Shown here in pieces: positions 9,406 through 19,905 of a stretch of DNA of 64,000 nucleotides. The position numbers and the translations under genes are program-made. Below the pieces are notes generated by a model. It was not told the DNA's origin and did no database searches. It saw nothing but the letters and a program-made list of their open reading frames with translations. Source of the stretch: Bdellovibrionales bacterium (lineage in GTDB: Bacteria; Bdellovibrionota; Bdellovibrionia; Bdellovibrionales; UBA1609); the NCBI GenBank assembly GCA_038144835.1, contig JAYQON010000002.1, positions 21,171-85,170 of the forward strand, given 5' to 3'. Every line of letters begins with the position of its first letter. Position 1 is the stretch's first letter.

Positions 9406-9870
9406 ATGAGCTTGTCTTTGTTGCAAAATATATATTTATTTAAGACCCTCTCGGAAAAGGAACTTTCCGCAGTGAGTACGCTTGGCGAAGTTCAGCATTA
9501 CAATGTGGGTAGTACCATATTTGTTAAAGGAGAGCCGGCAAAGGCGCTTTATGTCATTCGCTATGGCTCAGTTCGCATTCAACAAAGCGCAACCAACGGA
9601 GATAATTTGACGGTCTCAGTTCTGAGTGCAGGCAGCCATTTCGGCGAAATGGCTTTTGTTGACGGGGAGCCGCGCTCTGCAACTGCAGAGGCCGCCGAAA
9701 CAACCGAACTAGTTGCCATACCCTATGAAAAACTCGCCGATTTCTTAAGAGTTAACTCGTCGGTTGCAGTAAAAGTCTACCGCGAACTGGCCGCCTTTTT
9801 AAGTGGCCGCCTGCGCGTGACAACGAGCGATCTTAACTTTGCACGTGAAAAAAATCTGAGTCATTTTTGA
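9406..9870 (+). CDS. stand-alone cyclic-nucleotide-binding domain protein
   Basis: 154 aa. Canonical phosphate-binding cassette FGEMAFVDGEPRSATAEA. No output domain. Confidence 0.85.
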   Translation: MSLSLLQNIYLFKTLSEKELSAVSTLGEVQHYNVGSTIFVKGEPAKALYVIRYGSVRIQQSATNGDNLTVSVLSAGSHFGEMAFVDGEPRSATAEAAETTELVAIPYEKLADFLRVNSSVAVKVYRELAAFLSGRLRVTTSDLNFAREKNLSHF

Positions 9871-9895
9871 CCGGCATTAAGAGGGGGCCACCTGT

Positions 9896-10654
9896 ATGCA
9901 GATGACCACAGTTTTCGGGTTAGTCGTCGGGATTGGTGGGATACTTATAGGAAATACGCTCGAGGGCGGGCACTTCGGATCTTTGTTGCAATTGACGGCT
10001 GCAATTATTGTACTTGGTGGAACGATTGGCGCCGTCATGGTTTCCCACCGCAGTGAAGACATTCGTTTGGCCATTCAGTATCTGCGGCTGGCATTTTCGG
10101 GTTCCGAAGATGAACAGCGTGCGGTCATAGCACGTGAAATTATACAAGCAGCGCAACTGGTGCGGCGTGAGTCGGTGCTCTCGTTGGAGCAAACACTATC
10201 AAAATTCAGCGATCCCTTTATGCGCATTGTGTACCGCTTTGTGGTTGACGGAGTGGAGCCAGAGACTCTTAGGCGTGTCTTTGAAGAAGAAATTTCAATC
10301 ACTGAACGCCGCAAACTGGGTGCCGCGAAGGTCTGGGCTGATGCGGGTGGTTTTGCGCCCACGATAGGAATCATTGGAGCCGTCTTGGGATTAATCAGCG
10401 TGATGTCTAATATCACAGATACAGCCCTTTTGGGTCATGGCATTGCGGTAGCCTTTGTTGCTACAATTTACGGAGTAGGTGCAGCGAATCTCATTTTTTT
10501 ACCGCTCTCAAACAAGCTAAAGACCTTGATCCGCTTTCGGGCGGAGACGGAACAGATGATTGTTGAGGGTGCGGTAGCTATTTTGTCAGGACTCAACCCC
10601 TATCTGACAGAACAAAAAATTCGTGCTTTTAGCTCCACGGCCAGGGTTTCATGA
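9896..10654 (+). CDS. motA: flagellar stator protein MotA/PomA family
   Basis: 252 aa. MotA-type N-terminus (GLVVGIGGILIGNTLEGG) and C-terminal TM pair with a proton-channel motif (PTIGIIGAVLGL, ATIYGVGAANLIFLP). Confidence 0.85.
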   Translation: MQMTTVFGLVVGIGGILIGNTLEGGHFGSLLQLTAAIIVLGGTIGAVMVSHRSEDIRLAIQYLRLAFSGSEDEQRAVIAREIIQAAQLVRRESVLSLEQTLSKFSDPFMRIVYRFVVDGVEPETLRRVFEEEISITERRKLGAAKVWADAGGFAPTIGIIGAVLGLISVMSNITDTALLGHGIAVAFVATIYGVGAANLIFLPLSNKLKTLIRFRAETEQMIVEGAVAILSGLNPYLTEQKIRAFSSTARVS

Positions 10655-11391
10655 GTCGCCGCGATCGCTCGCACGAAGATGAACATGAAGCCGGTCAGGA
10701 ACGTTGGTTAGTCTCTTATGCTGACTTTATCACCCTGATGTTCGCTTTTTTCGCAGTTTTATACGCAACATCTGAAAAGGACCTTGGTCGGGCAGAAGAA
10801 TTTCAGGAATCCATAAAGCGGTTTTTAATAAAAGCCGGAGGAGCTGGCGGATCACACGTCCAAATTAATCAAGGCGAAAAAAATAATGTCCCCATTGAAC
10901 CGCCCATAGAGACTTTTAGGCGTGGCCGTCAAGAAGCTGAAAATGTTTTAAATAAAGCTGAGCAGGAGATTGAAGAAAAATTCACCGCTCAGGAACGCAC
11001 AAAGTACATTCAAGACGTTGGGGTGGATGAGTGGGGAGTACGAATCACCCTAAATTCGTCCGAGATATTTGCATCTAACAGTGACAAGCTAAAACCCGAC
11101 GCGGTTCCATTTGTAGACAAGATGGCTGTGATCATTTCAAGCAGCAAGAGTAAAGTTATGATTGAGGGACATGTGATGCTGGACGAAAAAGCGGCGTATC
11201 GATCTACCTGGGATTTTGCGGCGGCGAGAGCGGTGAATATATTGCGCTTTATGCAAATTCAAAAAAAGCTACCCGCAAAAAAATTTGTGGCGGCTTCATT
11301 TGGAGACAGTCGCCCTTTGACACAAGTACAAACTTCACAATTGAATTCAAGAATGGAGATTGTACTTCTCAATCAAGACCTTGAGTTGTAG
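10651..11391 (+). CDS. motB: flagellar stator protein MotB (OmpA-like C-terminus)
   Basis: RWLVSYADFITLMFAFF plug/TM segment with the conserved Asp, plus a C-terminal OmpA-like peptidoglycan-binding region. 4-nt overlap with motA. Confidence 0.85.
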   Translation: MSRRDRSHEDEHEAGQERWLVSYADFITLMFAFFAVLYATSEKDLGRAEEFQESIKRFLIKAGGAGGSHVQINQGEKNNVPIEPPIETFRRGRQEAENVLNKAEQEIEEKFTAQERTKYIQDVGVDEWGVRITLNSSEIFASNSDKLKPDAVPFVDKMAVIISSSKSKVMIEGHVMLDEKAAYRSTWDFAAARAVNILRFMQIQKKLPAKKFVAASFGDSRPLTQVQTSQLNSRMEIVLLNQDLEL

Positions 11392-13820
11392 CCCGTTGGA
11401 TCTAAAATATTCAAAATTTTTCCAGATCTTGATGTTTGGCGCAAAACCATCTGCCAAGCTTCACTTGCGCTCAGCTGGATGAGGTTTGCTGCTTTTACGA
11501 AAGCATCATGACTTTGGTCGATCTCAGAAACTTTGTGTGCACTGGCCAACTGTAGACTCTGCTCGAGCCTACGCAACTGATTGTAAACCGTAACCAGCTC
11601 TTCTTGATGACTGCTCCATAAATCATCATGGTTGGCCAAAAACCTTATCATCTCCACAGTGGATTGGGGCGAATTTGGTAATTGCTTTGCCAGAATTGCT
11701 GTTTGAGCGACAAATTCTATATCGATTAGGCCTCCTGGCAGATACTTAATATCTGCAGATTCCAGAGCTGTTTTTAGCAATTTACCCCTGATGCGCTTAA
11801 GCTCTTCTAAATCCTCGCGGCTCAGCGTTTTTTCAATGAGTTCATTTTTTTTCAAAATAATTTTTTGTCCAAGAGAGCGTGCTCGCAGATAGGCCTGACG
11901 CTCCCAAGGCTGCGCTGATTCGGTCCAATAAGAATGGAGTTGTTCCAAGCCAACGAGCAGTGGACCAGATTGCCCTGAAGGTCTTAAACGAAGGTCAATC
12001 TCATAAAGATTGCCGCTTTTGAGTGGATCGGTGAGTCGAGAGATAAAACGTTTAGCGACTTTAAAATCATTTTCATTGGGTCTTGACGGAGTTACGAAAA
12101 TGAAATCAAGATCAGAACGCAAACCTAGCTCCCGGCCGCCCCATTTTCCGAGACAAACGATCTCAATGTTTGAACCACTGAATTCGCCTTTGAGCTGAGA
12201 CAACAATTGCAGGCAAATTCCATCAGCAGTTTCAGTAATACGTTCATAAAGCCCAAAGAGATCAAGATCACTTAAGAATTGATTAGCGGCCCAAATTTCG
12301 GTCAAAAGTTTGCGTTCGGCCATTTGTTTGAGAAGCGTCTCGGGATCAGCAGACCAATCCTCATCGAGTTGCAAAATAAAATGATCCAGGAGCTCGGGGC
12401 GAGAGGCGAGGATCAACCCAAGATAGGGCGAGAGGCAAAATAAGCGGGCAAGATCTTGTATTAATCTGGGTGAACGCAGAAGCATGGTAAAAAAGCTGGC
12501 CTTAGCTCGGGTTGCCCGGACAAAGTCGAGTAAGAGAGCCAGACCCAACTCTCGATCGCGATGTTTGCTAAGTTCAGAAATGAAGGCGTAAAGAAATTCC
12601 TGCCGGGCGCGTTCGTCGCGGTCATTTTTATGCGAAAGAGCTGTGGCGGCAGCCAGCTGAGGCCATAGCTCTTCAATCGATTCTTTGCCAAAGCCAAGTC
12701 CTACAAGCCATTCGGTCTGTGTTTTTTCGTTCGCAGGAAGACGCACATCATTTAAATTCACTTGTCCCAGTAAAGAAGACACAATCGCATTGACGGCGCT
12801 TCTGCGAGATTCCAAATCTTCGGCTGTTGGCAGCGTAGGCAACTTTGGTAAAAAAGCTGAGTAAATGTGTGTTTGACGGTCATCAACAGACTGAACAAGG
12901 TTCTCGGTGTGGCGATAGAACCAGTAATTGTCAAATAAGGTCTTTGCATCGTGAGATTGGAGAAGTCCTCGCCTTAATAGTTGGCTTAAGGCTTCCGTGG
13001 TAGAGGATGTTTGAAGCTCAGTAATTTTGCCACCGTTGAGCACCTGAAGAGAATGAACAAAAAGTTCAATATCGCGAATCATGCCAACTTCGAGCTTTAG
13101 ATGCAGTTCTTGCGGGCGTCGCTGAAATCCAGATTGGTGTACTTTAGAGCGCAGAGCCTTTAAATCATCGAGCAAAGTAAAGTCTAAAAATTTTCGATAA
13201 GAAAATCGGCGAGCGAGATCTTCAATCTGTTTTTTGAGTATATCAGATCCGGTAATTGCACGAAGTCTGACGAGCGCGAGACGCTCCCAAGTTTCACCCT
13301 GACTCCAGTAGTAGTCCTGAAATTGGGCCGGGCTGGTGATGAGAGGGCCCATCTTGCCGCCGGGGCGTAAATCGAAATCTAGTCTAAAGCAGAATCCGTG
13401 TTCGCCGTTAAATTGCAAGGTCTGTTGAAATAAGCGCAGGGATTTTTCTATCGACAAACTTTGGTTTGGATCACCTACAATCAATATATCGATGTCGGAG
13501 CTTAAATTCAGTTCCCTAGCCCCGAGCTTGCCGAGTGAAAATAAAACCGAATCAGATTTGTCGAGACCACAATCCCTCCACGCCTGTCTTAGTATTTCAT
13601 CAGCCGCGACACTCCACGCAAAGCAGATTTCCTCTGTAGTTGCCGTATTAAAATAGGTTGCGGCTACGGCTTCACACCAAGCTTGATGGCGACAATGCTG
13701 TAAATATGGCAACTTAGGATCTCTCAGCAACCGTCGATAGCGAGCAAAGGCTGGACTAAAAGCATCGGCCGCAGAGAGTTGTTCGTTTGAATAAGTTTCT
13801 AGTCTAGGAATGGCGACCAC
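11373..13820 (-). CDS. glnE: bifunctional glutamine synthetase adenylyltransferase/adenylyl-removing enzyme
   Basis: 815 aa with two nucleotidyltransferase cores: LGKLGARELNLSSDIDILIVG and LGKWGGRELGLRSDLDFIFV. Confidence 0.9.
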   Translation of the reverse strand: MVAIPRLETYSNEQLSAADAFSPAFARYRRLLRDPKLPYLQHCRHQAWCEAVAATYFNTATTEEICFAWSVAADEILRQAWRDCGLDKSDSVLFSLGKLGARELNLSSDIDILIVGDPNQSLSIEKSLRLFQQTLQFNGEHGFCFRLDFDLRPGGKMGPLITSPAQFQDYYWSQGETWERLALVRLRAITGSDILKKQIEDLARRFSYRKFLDFTLLDDLKALRSKVHQSGFQRRPQELHLKLEVGMIRDIELFVHSLQVLNGGKITELQTSSTTEALSQLLRRGLLQSHDAKTLFDNYWFYRHTENLVQSVDDRQTHIYSAFLPKLPTLPTAEDLESRRSAVNAIVSSLLGQVNLNDVRLPANEKTQTEWLVGLGFGKESIEELWPQLAAATALSHKNDRDERARQEFLYAFISELSKHRDRELGLALLLDFVRATRAKASFFTMLLRSPRLIQDLARLFCLSPYLGLILASRPELLDHFILQLDEDWSADPETLLKQMAERKLLTEIWAANQFLSDLDLFGLYERITETADGICLQLLSQLKGEFSGSNIEIVCLGKWGGRELGLRSDLDFIFVTPSRPNENDFKVAKRFISRLTDPLKSGNLYEIDLRLRPSGQSGPLLVGLEQLHSYWTESAQPWERQAYLRARSLGQKIILKKNELIEKTLSREDLEELKRIRGKLLKTALESADIKYLPGGLIDIEFVAQTAILAKQLPNSPQSTVEMIRFLANHDDLWSSHQEELVTVYNQLRRLEQSLQLASAHKVSEIDQSHDAFVKAANLIQLSASEAWQMVLRQTSRSGKILNILDPTGYNSRS

Positions 13821-15193
13821 TTGGGTTTGTCCCAGTTGTAATTGTCATTAGTAATACGCCGTTCATTGGTGCCATCGGGGCTCACAATATACAATTGTAA
13901 ATTTCCCGTGCGGTCGCTGCTGAAAACGATATGGCGCCCATCTGGTGACCAGCTGGGGCTTTCGTTATTTGCCGGCTTACCATTCGGTTTTCGAGCATCC
14001 GTCAACCGCTTCAGCCCAGTTCCGTCGATGTTCATGACAAAAATGTCGAAGTGATTTGAGTCATAACCGGCGAACGCGATCATTTTTCCATCAGGAGACC
14101 AGGCAGGTGAGCTATTGTATTTGCCTGCGAAAGTTAAGCGGCGAACATTTGTGCCGTCACTGTTCATCAGGAAAATATGTGGGCGCCCTGCGCGATCTGA
14201 AGAAAAAGCAATTGTTCGGCCATCGGGAGACACTGCCGGCTCAACGTTCATGGCTCGGTTCGGTCCGCGGGTAAGAGGTTTTAGATTACGTCCGTCCGCA
14301 CTCATGCGAAAAATATCTGCGGTCCCGTCCATGGAAAGGGTGATCAACATTTCTTGGTCGCCGGGTATAAATGCCGCGCCAGAGTTCATGCCCTTTCTAT
14401 AAGAGGTGAGAAAGCGTTTGCCAGTGACGATCTCATAGACAAATAAGTCTGCGTTGCGAGTCTTGTTAGCCGTGTGATAGGCAAAGGCGGTGTAAGCCAC
14501 TTTATCGCCTTTGTTGGACCAAGCAGGAGAAAGCGCAATAGAGTTATGAGAACTTATTTTCTGTGCATTAGCGCCATCCCAATCCATAACGTAAATTTCT
14601 TTGGCGGACTTCAAGCGGTTGTCCTGACGTGATGCTGTAAGCTTGCTGACAAACATTCCGCGTTTGCCCGTAAGAGCCTTGATCAAATCATTGGCGAGAG
14701 AGTGAGCGAGCTTGCGTGTGACACTCAGAGTTCCCCTATAAGTTCGCCCAAGTACAAGTTTGGCGGTTGGCACGTGATAAATATAAATTTCGAGGGAGAT
14801 GTCGCTTCCAATGATATTGTAAGCCGCGCGCGTTAAAAATTCCGCACCGATAGTCTTCCAGTTATTGAAATCAAAGCCACCCACGGTTTGAGGAGCAGGC
14901 CGTAAACCCACCTTTGCGGGATCTTCTAAATAAGCTTCAGGCTTTATGAAAGTGAAAAATCCCGAGGTATTAAGATCATTATAGATGACCTGATAAAGAT
15001 CCTGCCCAGCTCTAATATGGCTTGAATCTGCACTTTGGCTGCCAATGTAAACAAGAGGTGTTAGAGCAAGAAGACTCTTTTTAACCTGTGCCTGTCCAAC
15101 GTCGATATATATCTTAGAATCTTCATTTTGGCCCAGGGCTGTAGTGCTAAGCAGGACGATAATTAAAAATGTCACAAGTTTTTGCATGTCCAC
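13799..15193 (-). CDS. tolB: Tol-Pal system beta-propeller protein TolB
   Basis: Signal peptide, TolB N-domain, and repeated propeller blades (PAWSPDG, PSWSPDG, FSSDRTG). Confidence 0.9.
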   Translation of the reverse strand: MDMQKLVTFLIIVLLSTTALGQNEDSKIYIDVGQAQVKKSLLALTPLVYIGSQSADSSHIRAGQDLYQVIYNDLNTSGFFTFIKPEAYLEDPAKVGLRPAPQTVGGFDFNNWKTIGAEFLTRAAYNIIGSDISLEIYIYHVPTAKLVLGRTYRGTLSVTRKLAHSLANDLIKALTGKRGMFVSKLTASRQDNRLKSAKEIYVMDWDGANAQKISSHNSIALSPAWSNKGDKVAYTAFAYHTANKTRNADLFVYEIVTGKRFLTSYRKGMNSGAAFIPGDQEMLITLSMDGTADIFRMSADGRNLKPLTRGPNRAMNVEPAVSPDGRTIAFSSDRAGRPHIFLMNSDGTNVRRLTFAGKYNSSPAWSPDGKMIAFAGYDSNHFDIFVMNIDGTGLKRLTDARKPNGKPANNESPSWSPDGRHIVFSSDRTGNLQLYIVSPDGTNERRITNDNYNWDKPKWSPFLD

Positions 15194-15204
15194 CTCAGCA
15201 GATA

Positions 15205-15942
15205 TTATTCAGGAAAACCGAAAATAATGCCACTTGTGGATAGCAGGCCTTGCAACCTTTGCGGCGGTGCAGGGAGCGGGGCGCTGGCGTCAACAGCTTC
15301 GATAGCTTTGGCATCAAAGACTTCATTGCCTGAAGAACTTATCAGGATTTTTTTTACGATAAGGCCACGCTCATCGATGAGAACTTGGATTTGTGCTTTG
15401 TACCCTGCATCTGCTAACCATTGCGGCAGCGAAAAATTCGCACGCATTTTTTCGCGCAACTCATCGAAGTACCGATCATATGCAATCTTATCGAGACCAG
15501 AGAGGGCATTGCCAGGGGAGATTTGATTGCCTCGGACAAGGCGTGCGGGCTCTTGGCTTTTGCCTTTTGCAAGCTGCTCTCTGATGCGGTCCAGGGCTGC
15601 GCGGCGCTTAAGCTCTTCAAGGGCTCTCTTTTGTGATTTAGCAAGATCCTTTTTTGGGCCTTTTGGATCTGGAAGAGTAGGTGTTTCTACTTTGCTTTCT
15701 TTTATGGGTGCGAGGGGAGCCTTTTCCTTGTCTGCGGTGGCTAGCGTTTCCTTGGTTTGAGAAAGCGGCAAAGAGGGTTCGTCCATTTTTTCCGGTAAAC
15801 CAACAATATCGACTTTTATGGCATTGCGAATTTCAATTGGCTGTTCGGGCACAAATGCAGCACGTAGAAAAATCACCGATGCGATGGCTAAATGTCCAAT
15901 TAATGAGATGATGAGCGTGCGTTCAAGTCCGTCTGCGGTCAT
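15205..15942 (-). CDS. tolA: TolA/TonB-family energy-transducer protein
   Basis: N-terminal TM segment, Pro/Lys/Glu-rich spacer, and a TonB_C-like C-terminus. Sits between tolR and tolB. Confidence 0.65.
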   Translation of the reverse strand: MTADGLERTLIISLIGHLAIASVIFLRAAFVPEQPIEIRNAIKVDIVGLPEKMDEPSLPLSQTKETLATADKEKAPLAPIKESKVETPTLPDPKGPKKDLAKSQKRALEELKRRAALDRIREQLAKGKSQEPARLVRGNQISPGNALSGLDKIAYDRYFDELREKMRANFSLPQWLADAGYKAQIQVLIDERGLIVKKILISSSGNEVFDAKAIEAVDASAPLPAPPQRLQGLLSTSGIIFGFPE

Positions 15943-16364
15943 GGAGATCCGGCTTTAGGAATTGTTATCAATCCAATTTGGAAAACGCCAGCGGCGCGGA
16001 CTTCGCCCATCACTTGTGCTACGGTGCCGTAATCCACTTGGCGATCGGCCTGAATATAGATCTGCTTATTTTTGCGGGTAGAAAAAATAGCTTTGAGTTT
16101 ATCCTGCAAGCCGTCCACTTTTAAATTGCTGTTGCCCGCACGCAAACTTCCATCTTTGCGAATAACGAGAATGAAAGGATCCTCGTTGGTGGAAACTCCC
16201 GAATTGGCAGTTTCTGGAAGCTGAACCTCAAGGCCTTGCTGCATCATTGGTGCTGTGACCATGAAAATGATCAAAAGTACCAGCATGACGTCCACTAGCG
16301 GAGTGACATTAATTTCACTTAAGACGGTGCGCGCACCCCCGCGCGAAGCCGGTCCGCCTGCCAT
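15939..16364 (-). CDS. tolR: TolR/ExbD family protein
   Basis: EINVTPLVDVMLVLLIIFMV ExbD/TolR signature. 141 aa. Confidence 0.85.
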   Translation of the reverse strand: MAGGPASRGGARTVLSEINVTPLVDVMLVLLIIFMVTAPMMQQGLEVQLPETANSGVSTNEDPFILVIRKDGSLRAGNSNLKVDGLQDKLKAIFSTRKNKQIYIQADRQVDYGTVAQVMGEVRAAGVFQIGLITIPKAGSP

Positions 16365-17101
16365 TAGCTACCTCGAAAGAAGTTACGTTTTGCGAGATTT
16401 AAAAAGTCAGCGGCAAAATTGTTCAGCGCGAGCTCTTGTTTCTTAATTCGTCCAACAAATAAATTGTAGGCAATTGTTGCGGGAATTGCTGCGGCCAGGC
16501 CTACGCCAGTGGCAATAAGTGCTTCTGCAATGCCCGGAGCGACGACAGCCAAACTTGCCATGCCCGTTTGGCCGATTTTTTGGAATGAGCCCATAATTCC
16601 CCAAACCGTTCCAAACAGGCCAACAAAAGGACCGACGCTGCCAACGGTGGCAAGAAAAGTCAGGCGCGATTCTAGTCGACTAATCTCTAGGTCAATGGCT
16701 TTGCGCAGAGCGCGCTGCAGGTTATCAATGCCGCCAATATCCAATACAGGAGCCTCAGAGTTGCTGGGCAGGGATAAATTGCTCTCAGCAATTTTTTTCA
16801 GTTCCACATATCCTAGCCTAAACACCGCCGCGAGGTTGCTGTCGGAAAACTCATTCAGCTGGTCGTTTACATCTTCCAGAGATTTGGCTTTCCAAAATTT
16901 TTCTTCGAAAGGTAGGTTGCCTTGTTCGACAGCACGAAACTGCTTACGCTTTTGAAACATGATCGCCCATGAAATGACGGACATGCCCAAGAGTGAAATA
17001 AGCGTGAGTTGAACAACGGGGGTGGCACTCATAATCGCGTGCCATGCTCCCGTATTAGCAACCTGAACAGATGATTCTGAAGCCCATGCAATGTTGATCA
17101 T
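16364..17101 (-). CDS. tolQ: TolQ/ExbB family proton channel
   Basis: Three-TM MotA/TolQ/ExbB architecture (GLFGTVWGIM, APGIAEALIATGVGLAAAIP). Confidence 0.85.
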   Translation of the reverse strand: MINIAWASESSVQVANTGAWHAIMSATPVVQLTLISLLGMSVISWAIMFQKRKQFRAVEQGNLPFEEKFWKAKSLEDVNDQLNEFSDSNLAAVFRLGYVELKKIAESNLSLPSNSEAPVLDIGGIDNLQRALRKAIDLEISRLESRLTFLATVGSVGPFVGLFGTVWGIMGSFQKIGQTGMASLAVVAPGIAEALIATGVGLAAAIPATIAYNLFVGRIKKQELALNNFAADFLNLAKRNFFRGS

Positions 17102-17140
17102 GGGTAGAGGCTAGAATGTTTTGTCTTGCGAAGCAACCGA

Positions 17141-17842
17141 TCAGGGAATGCGATTGGTCAATATTCCTTGAACGACAAATGGAGGTGTCGCCCGTTGACC
17201 GTCATCATCCCAAATGATTTTTCGGTCTCGACGGTTAAGTTCGTCGACTTCTCTAGAGCTTAGGCGCCCCCCTGTTGCGGCGTCAGCCTCAGAAGCAATC
17301 ACGAAGTCTGGCCAAAAATCCATTGCCGTTTCTAGCCAGAGACCCGAGAAAAGATGTAGTTTCAAGAGGCTGGCTGTGTCTGCGGCGTAAATCCACTGCG
17401 GACTTTTCTTACGCAAGTAACGAGCAATGATTTGCGAGCGGGCATGAATTGCAAAGGTCTTCTCTTTGTCATGTGCGGCTACGATCTTAACGAAAATATC
17501 TAATTTTCCGGTTTCTTTGCCTTCGACAGCCAATAGCCAGTCGCGCTGGCGCGATCGGCTCAAAACCTGATCTAGAGGTGTGGGTATTGAGCAATCGGCA
17601 AGCCACTCTCCATCCTTTTTGAATACGTGAAGATACACGGCCCAACCCTCAGGAACTTGAGGTTGGCAGGCTTCACTTTTGGAGGGCTTGTAAATGCGCC
17701 AGTAATTGTTTTTAAACCAGGGATGAGGGGGGGCTTGAAATACCTGTCGCAGCCCAACCCAGCGCATAAAAAATAGGCCAGAAAAAAGCAGGATTACTGA
17801 CAGAAGTGTTATTGATACCAAACGTCCGAGTGCGCGCGCCAT
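17141..17842 (-). CDS. membrane-anchored hypothetical protein in the position usually occupied by ybgC
   Basis: 233-aa ORF with an N-terminal TM segment (LVSITLLSVILLFSGLFF). No recognised motif. 39 nt upstream of tolQ. Confidence 0.45.
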   Translation of the reverse strand: MARALGRLVSITLLSVILLFSGLFFMRWVGLRQVFQAPPHPWFKNNYWRIYKPSKSEACQPQVPEGWAVYLHVFKKDGEWLADCSIPTPLDQVLSRSRQRDWLLAVEGKETGKLDIFVKIVAAHDKEKTFAIHARSQIIARYLRKKSPQWIYAADTASLLKLHLFSGLWLETAMDFWPDFVIASEADAATGGRLSSREVDELNRRDRKIIWDDDGQRATPPFVVQGILTNRIP

Positions 17843-18021
17843 ATTCTAACCACCTAAAGCCATTGAATTTTTTATTAACACAGACGCGGAATATACTTGT
17901 TTATCTAAGCATTTTTTTAGCGTATATCTTTTAATGATCACTTGCTTCTCGACTCGCTTTCAATTAGCCCCACAGGCTCTTTGAAGTCAAGAAATGCAAG
18001 CGTTTTTAGCAGGATAGGTGC

Positions 18022-18474
18022 TTGTTGAATCGACTGAACCGAAAACTTGAGTATGCTTTGATGGCACTCAAAGTGATGACCCAAAAACGACCTGGAGAAC
18101 TAACGTCCGCCAAAGAAGTGGTTGAAGCTACAGGTTGTCCTTTTGATGCCACCGCCCGCGTGCTCCAGTTGATGGCGCAAAAAGGGATTTTACGGTCGGA
18201 GCATGGAGCGTATGGCGGTTACTTGGTCATTCGCGATCTTTCGCGTGTATCGTTTCTGGAGCTGATGGAGTTGGTTCTTGGACCGATGACCGTGGCTCGA
18301 TGCTTACACGGTGTCGATTCGTGTGAGCTCAAAGGATCATGCAATATCATTTCCCCAGTTGCGATTCTTAACCGCAAGGTCGAAGAGTTTTATCGCCAAT
18401 TGAGCGTTGGTGAACTCCTGCGGGTTAAAGATCGTGAGCCTCAAGAAGCCAACTTGATAGAGGTGATGCGATGA
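18022..18474 (+). CDS. Rrf2-family (IscR/SufR-like) Fe-S transcriptional regulator
   Basis: Rrf2 wHTH N-terminus ([11 protein letters not shown]...SAKEV) and a three-Cys cluster [14 protein letters not shown]. Directly upstream of sufB. TTG start. Confidence 0.85.
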   Translation: MLNRLNRKLEYALMALKVMTQKRPGELTSAKEVVEATGCPFDATARVLQLMAQKGILRSEHGAYGGYLVIRDLSRVSFLELMELVLGPMTVARCLHGVDSCELKGSCNIISPVAILNRKVEEFYRQLSVGELLRVKDREPQEANLIEVMR

Positions 18475-19895
18475 ATGAATTAAAGACAGATTATAAGCAC
18501 GGGTTTGTGACGCCGGTAGAGGCTGAGACGATTCGCAAAGGATTGGACGAGGACGTGATCCGTATGATCTCGGCCAAAAAATCAGAGCCAGAATGGTTGC
18601 TTCAATACCGTTTGGCGGCTTTTAGACACTGGCAAACCTTGAGTGAACCGCATTGGGCTAAAGCGGATTATTCTCCTATCGATTATCAGTCTCTTTATTA
18701 TTACTCGGCTCCAAAGTCTGTGAAAGAGAAGCCCAAGTCCTTGGATGAGCTTGACCCTGAGCTGTTAAAAACATTTGAGCGGTTAGGAATTCCGCTAACT
18801 GAGCAAAAGCGCATTTCAGGTGTTGCGATCGATGCTGTTTTTGACTCCGTTTCTCTGGGCACAACTCACAAGGAAACTTTAGAAAAGCATGGGGTCGTCT
18901 TTTGTTGGATTTCTGAAGCGGTAAAATCGCCTCCGGGGCGTGTGGGTAATTACTTGGGCAGCGTTGTCCCGCATACAGATAATTTTTTTGCAGCCCTTAA
19001 TGCAGCAGTTTTTTCAGATGGATCCTTTTGTTACATTCCCAAGGGGGTTCGTTGCCCACTGGATCTTTCAACCTACTTTCGAATTAACGCGCAAGAAACT
19101 GGCCAGTTTGAACGCACATTGCTGATCGCTGATGAAGGCAGCTTTGTAAATTACCTAGAGGGGTGCACAGCCCCTCAACGTGATGAGAATCAGTTGCATG
19201 CCGCTGTGGTTGAACTTGTAGCTATGGAAAATGCTGAGATTCGCTATTCGACCGTTCAAAATTGGTATACCGGTGATCGCGATGGTCGAGGTGGCATTTA
19301 TAACTTTGTAACTAAGCGAGGCAAATGCCTGGGGCGAAATTCTAAAATTTCGTGGACCCAGGTTGAGGCTGGTTCGGCAATCACCTGGAAATACCCAAGC
19401 TGTATTTTGCAAGGCGAAGGCTCGGTGGGAGCTTTCTACTCGGTGGCACTAACTCACGATAGAATGCAAGCTGATACGGGAACAAAAATGATTCACATCG
19501 GTAAAAATACTCGTAGCACGATTGTGAGCAAAGGAATTTCAACGGGTGAATCGGTCAATAGCTACCGCGGTTTGGTCAAAATTTTACCCTCGGCTCATGG
19601 AGCACGCAATTATTCGCAATGTGACTCCATGCTAGTTGGAGATAAAAGTGGGGCTAATACTTTTCCCTACATCGAAGTAAAAAATGACACCGCGATGGTT
19701 GAACATGAGGCCTCAACCTCACGCATAAGTGAAGAGCAATTGTTTTACCTAAAGTCTCGCGGGCTTTCGCAAGAAGAAGCTGTATCGTTGCTCGTGAATG
19801 GTTTCTGTAAAGACGTGTTTAAACAACTCCCATTGGAGTTTTCGGTGGAAGCTGTAAAGCTCATTGAAATGAAACTAGAAAATAGCATTGGCTAG
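18471..19895 (+). CDS. sufB: Fe-S cluster assembly scaffold SufB
   Basis: 474 aa, strongly SufB-like throughout ([45 protein letters not shown]). Confidence 0.95.
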   Translation: MNELKTDYKHGFVTPVEAETIRKGLDEDVIRMISAKKSEPEWLLQYRLAAFRHWQTLSEPHWAKADYSPIDYQSLYYYSAPKSVKEKPKSLDELDPELLKTFERLGIPLTEQKRISGVAIDAVFDSVSLGTTHKETLEKHGVVFCWISEAVKSPPGRVGNYLGSVVPHTDNFFAALNAAVFSDGSFCYIPKGVRCPLDLSTYFRINAQETGQFERTLLIADEGSFVNYLEGCTAPQRDENQLHAAVVELVAMENAEIRYSTVQNWYTGDRDGRGGIYNFVTKRGKCLGRNSKISWTQVEAGSAITWKYPSCILQGEGSVGAFYSVALTHDRMQADTGTKMIHIGKNTRSTIVSKGISTGESVNSYRGLVKILPSAHGARNYSQCDSMLVGDKSGANTFPYIEVKNDTAMVEHEASTSRISEEQLFYLKSRGLSQEEAVSLLVNGFCKDVFKQLPLEFSVEAVKLIEMKLENSIG

Positions 19896-19905
19896 AGGGT
19901 TTGTT

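Noticed and set aside
16509-16955. 148-aa plus-strand ORF antisense to tolQ.
   Set aside because: This is a shadow ORF inside a confidently identified gene. It has Arg/Ser/Pro-rich low-complexity composition and no motif.
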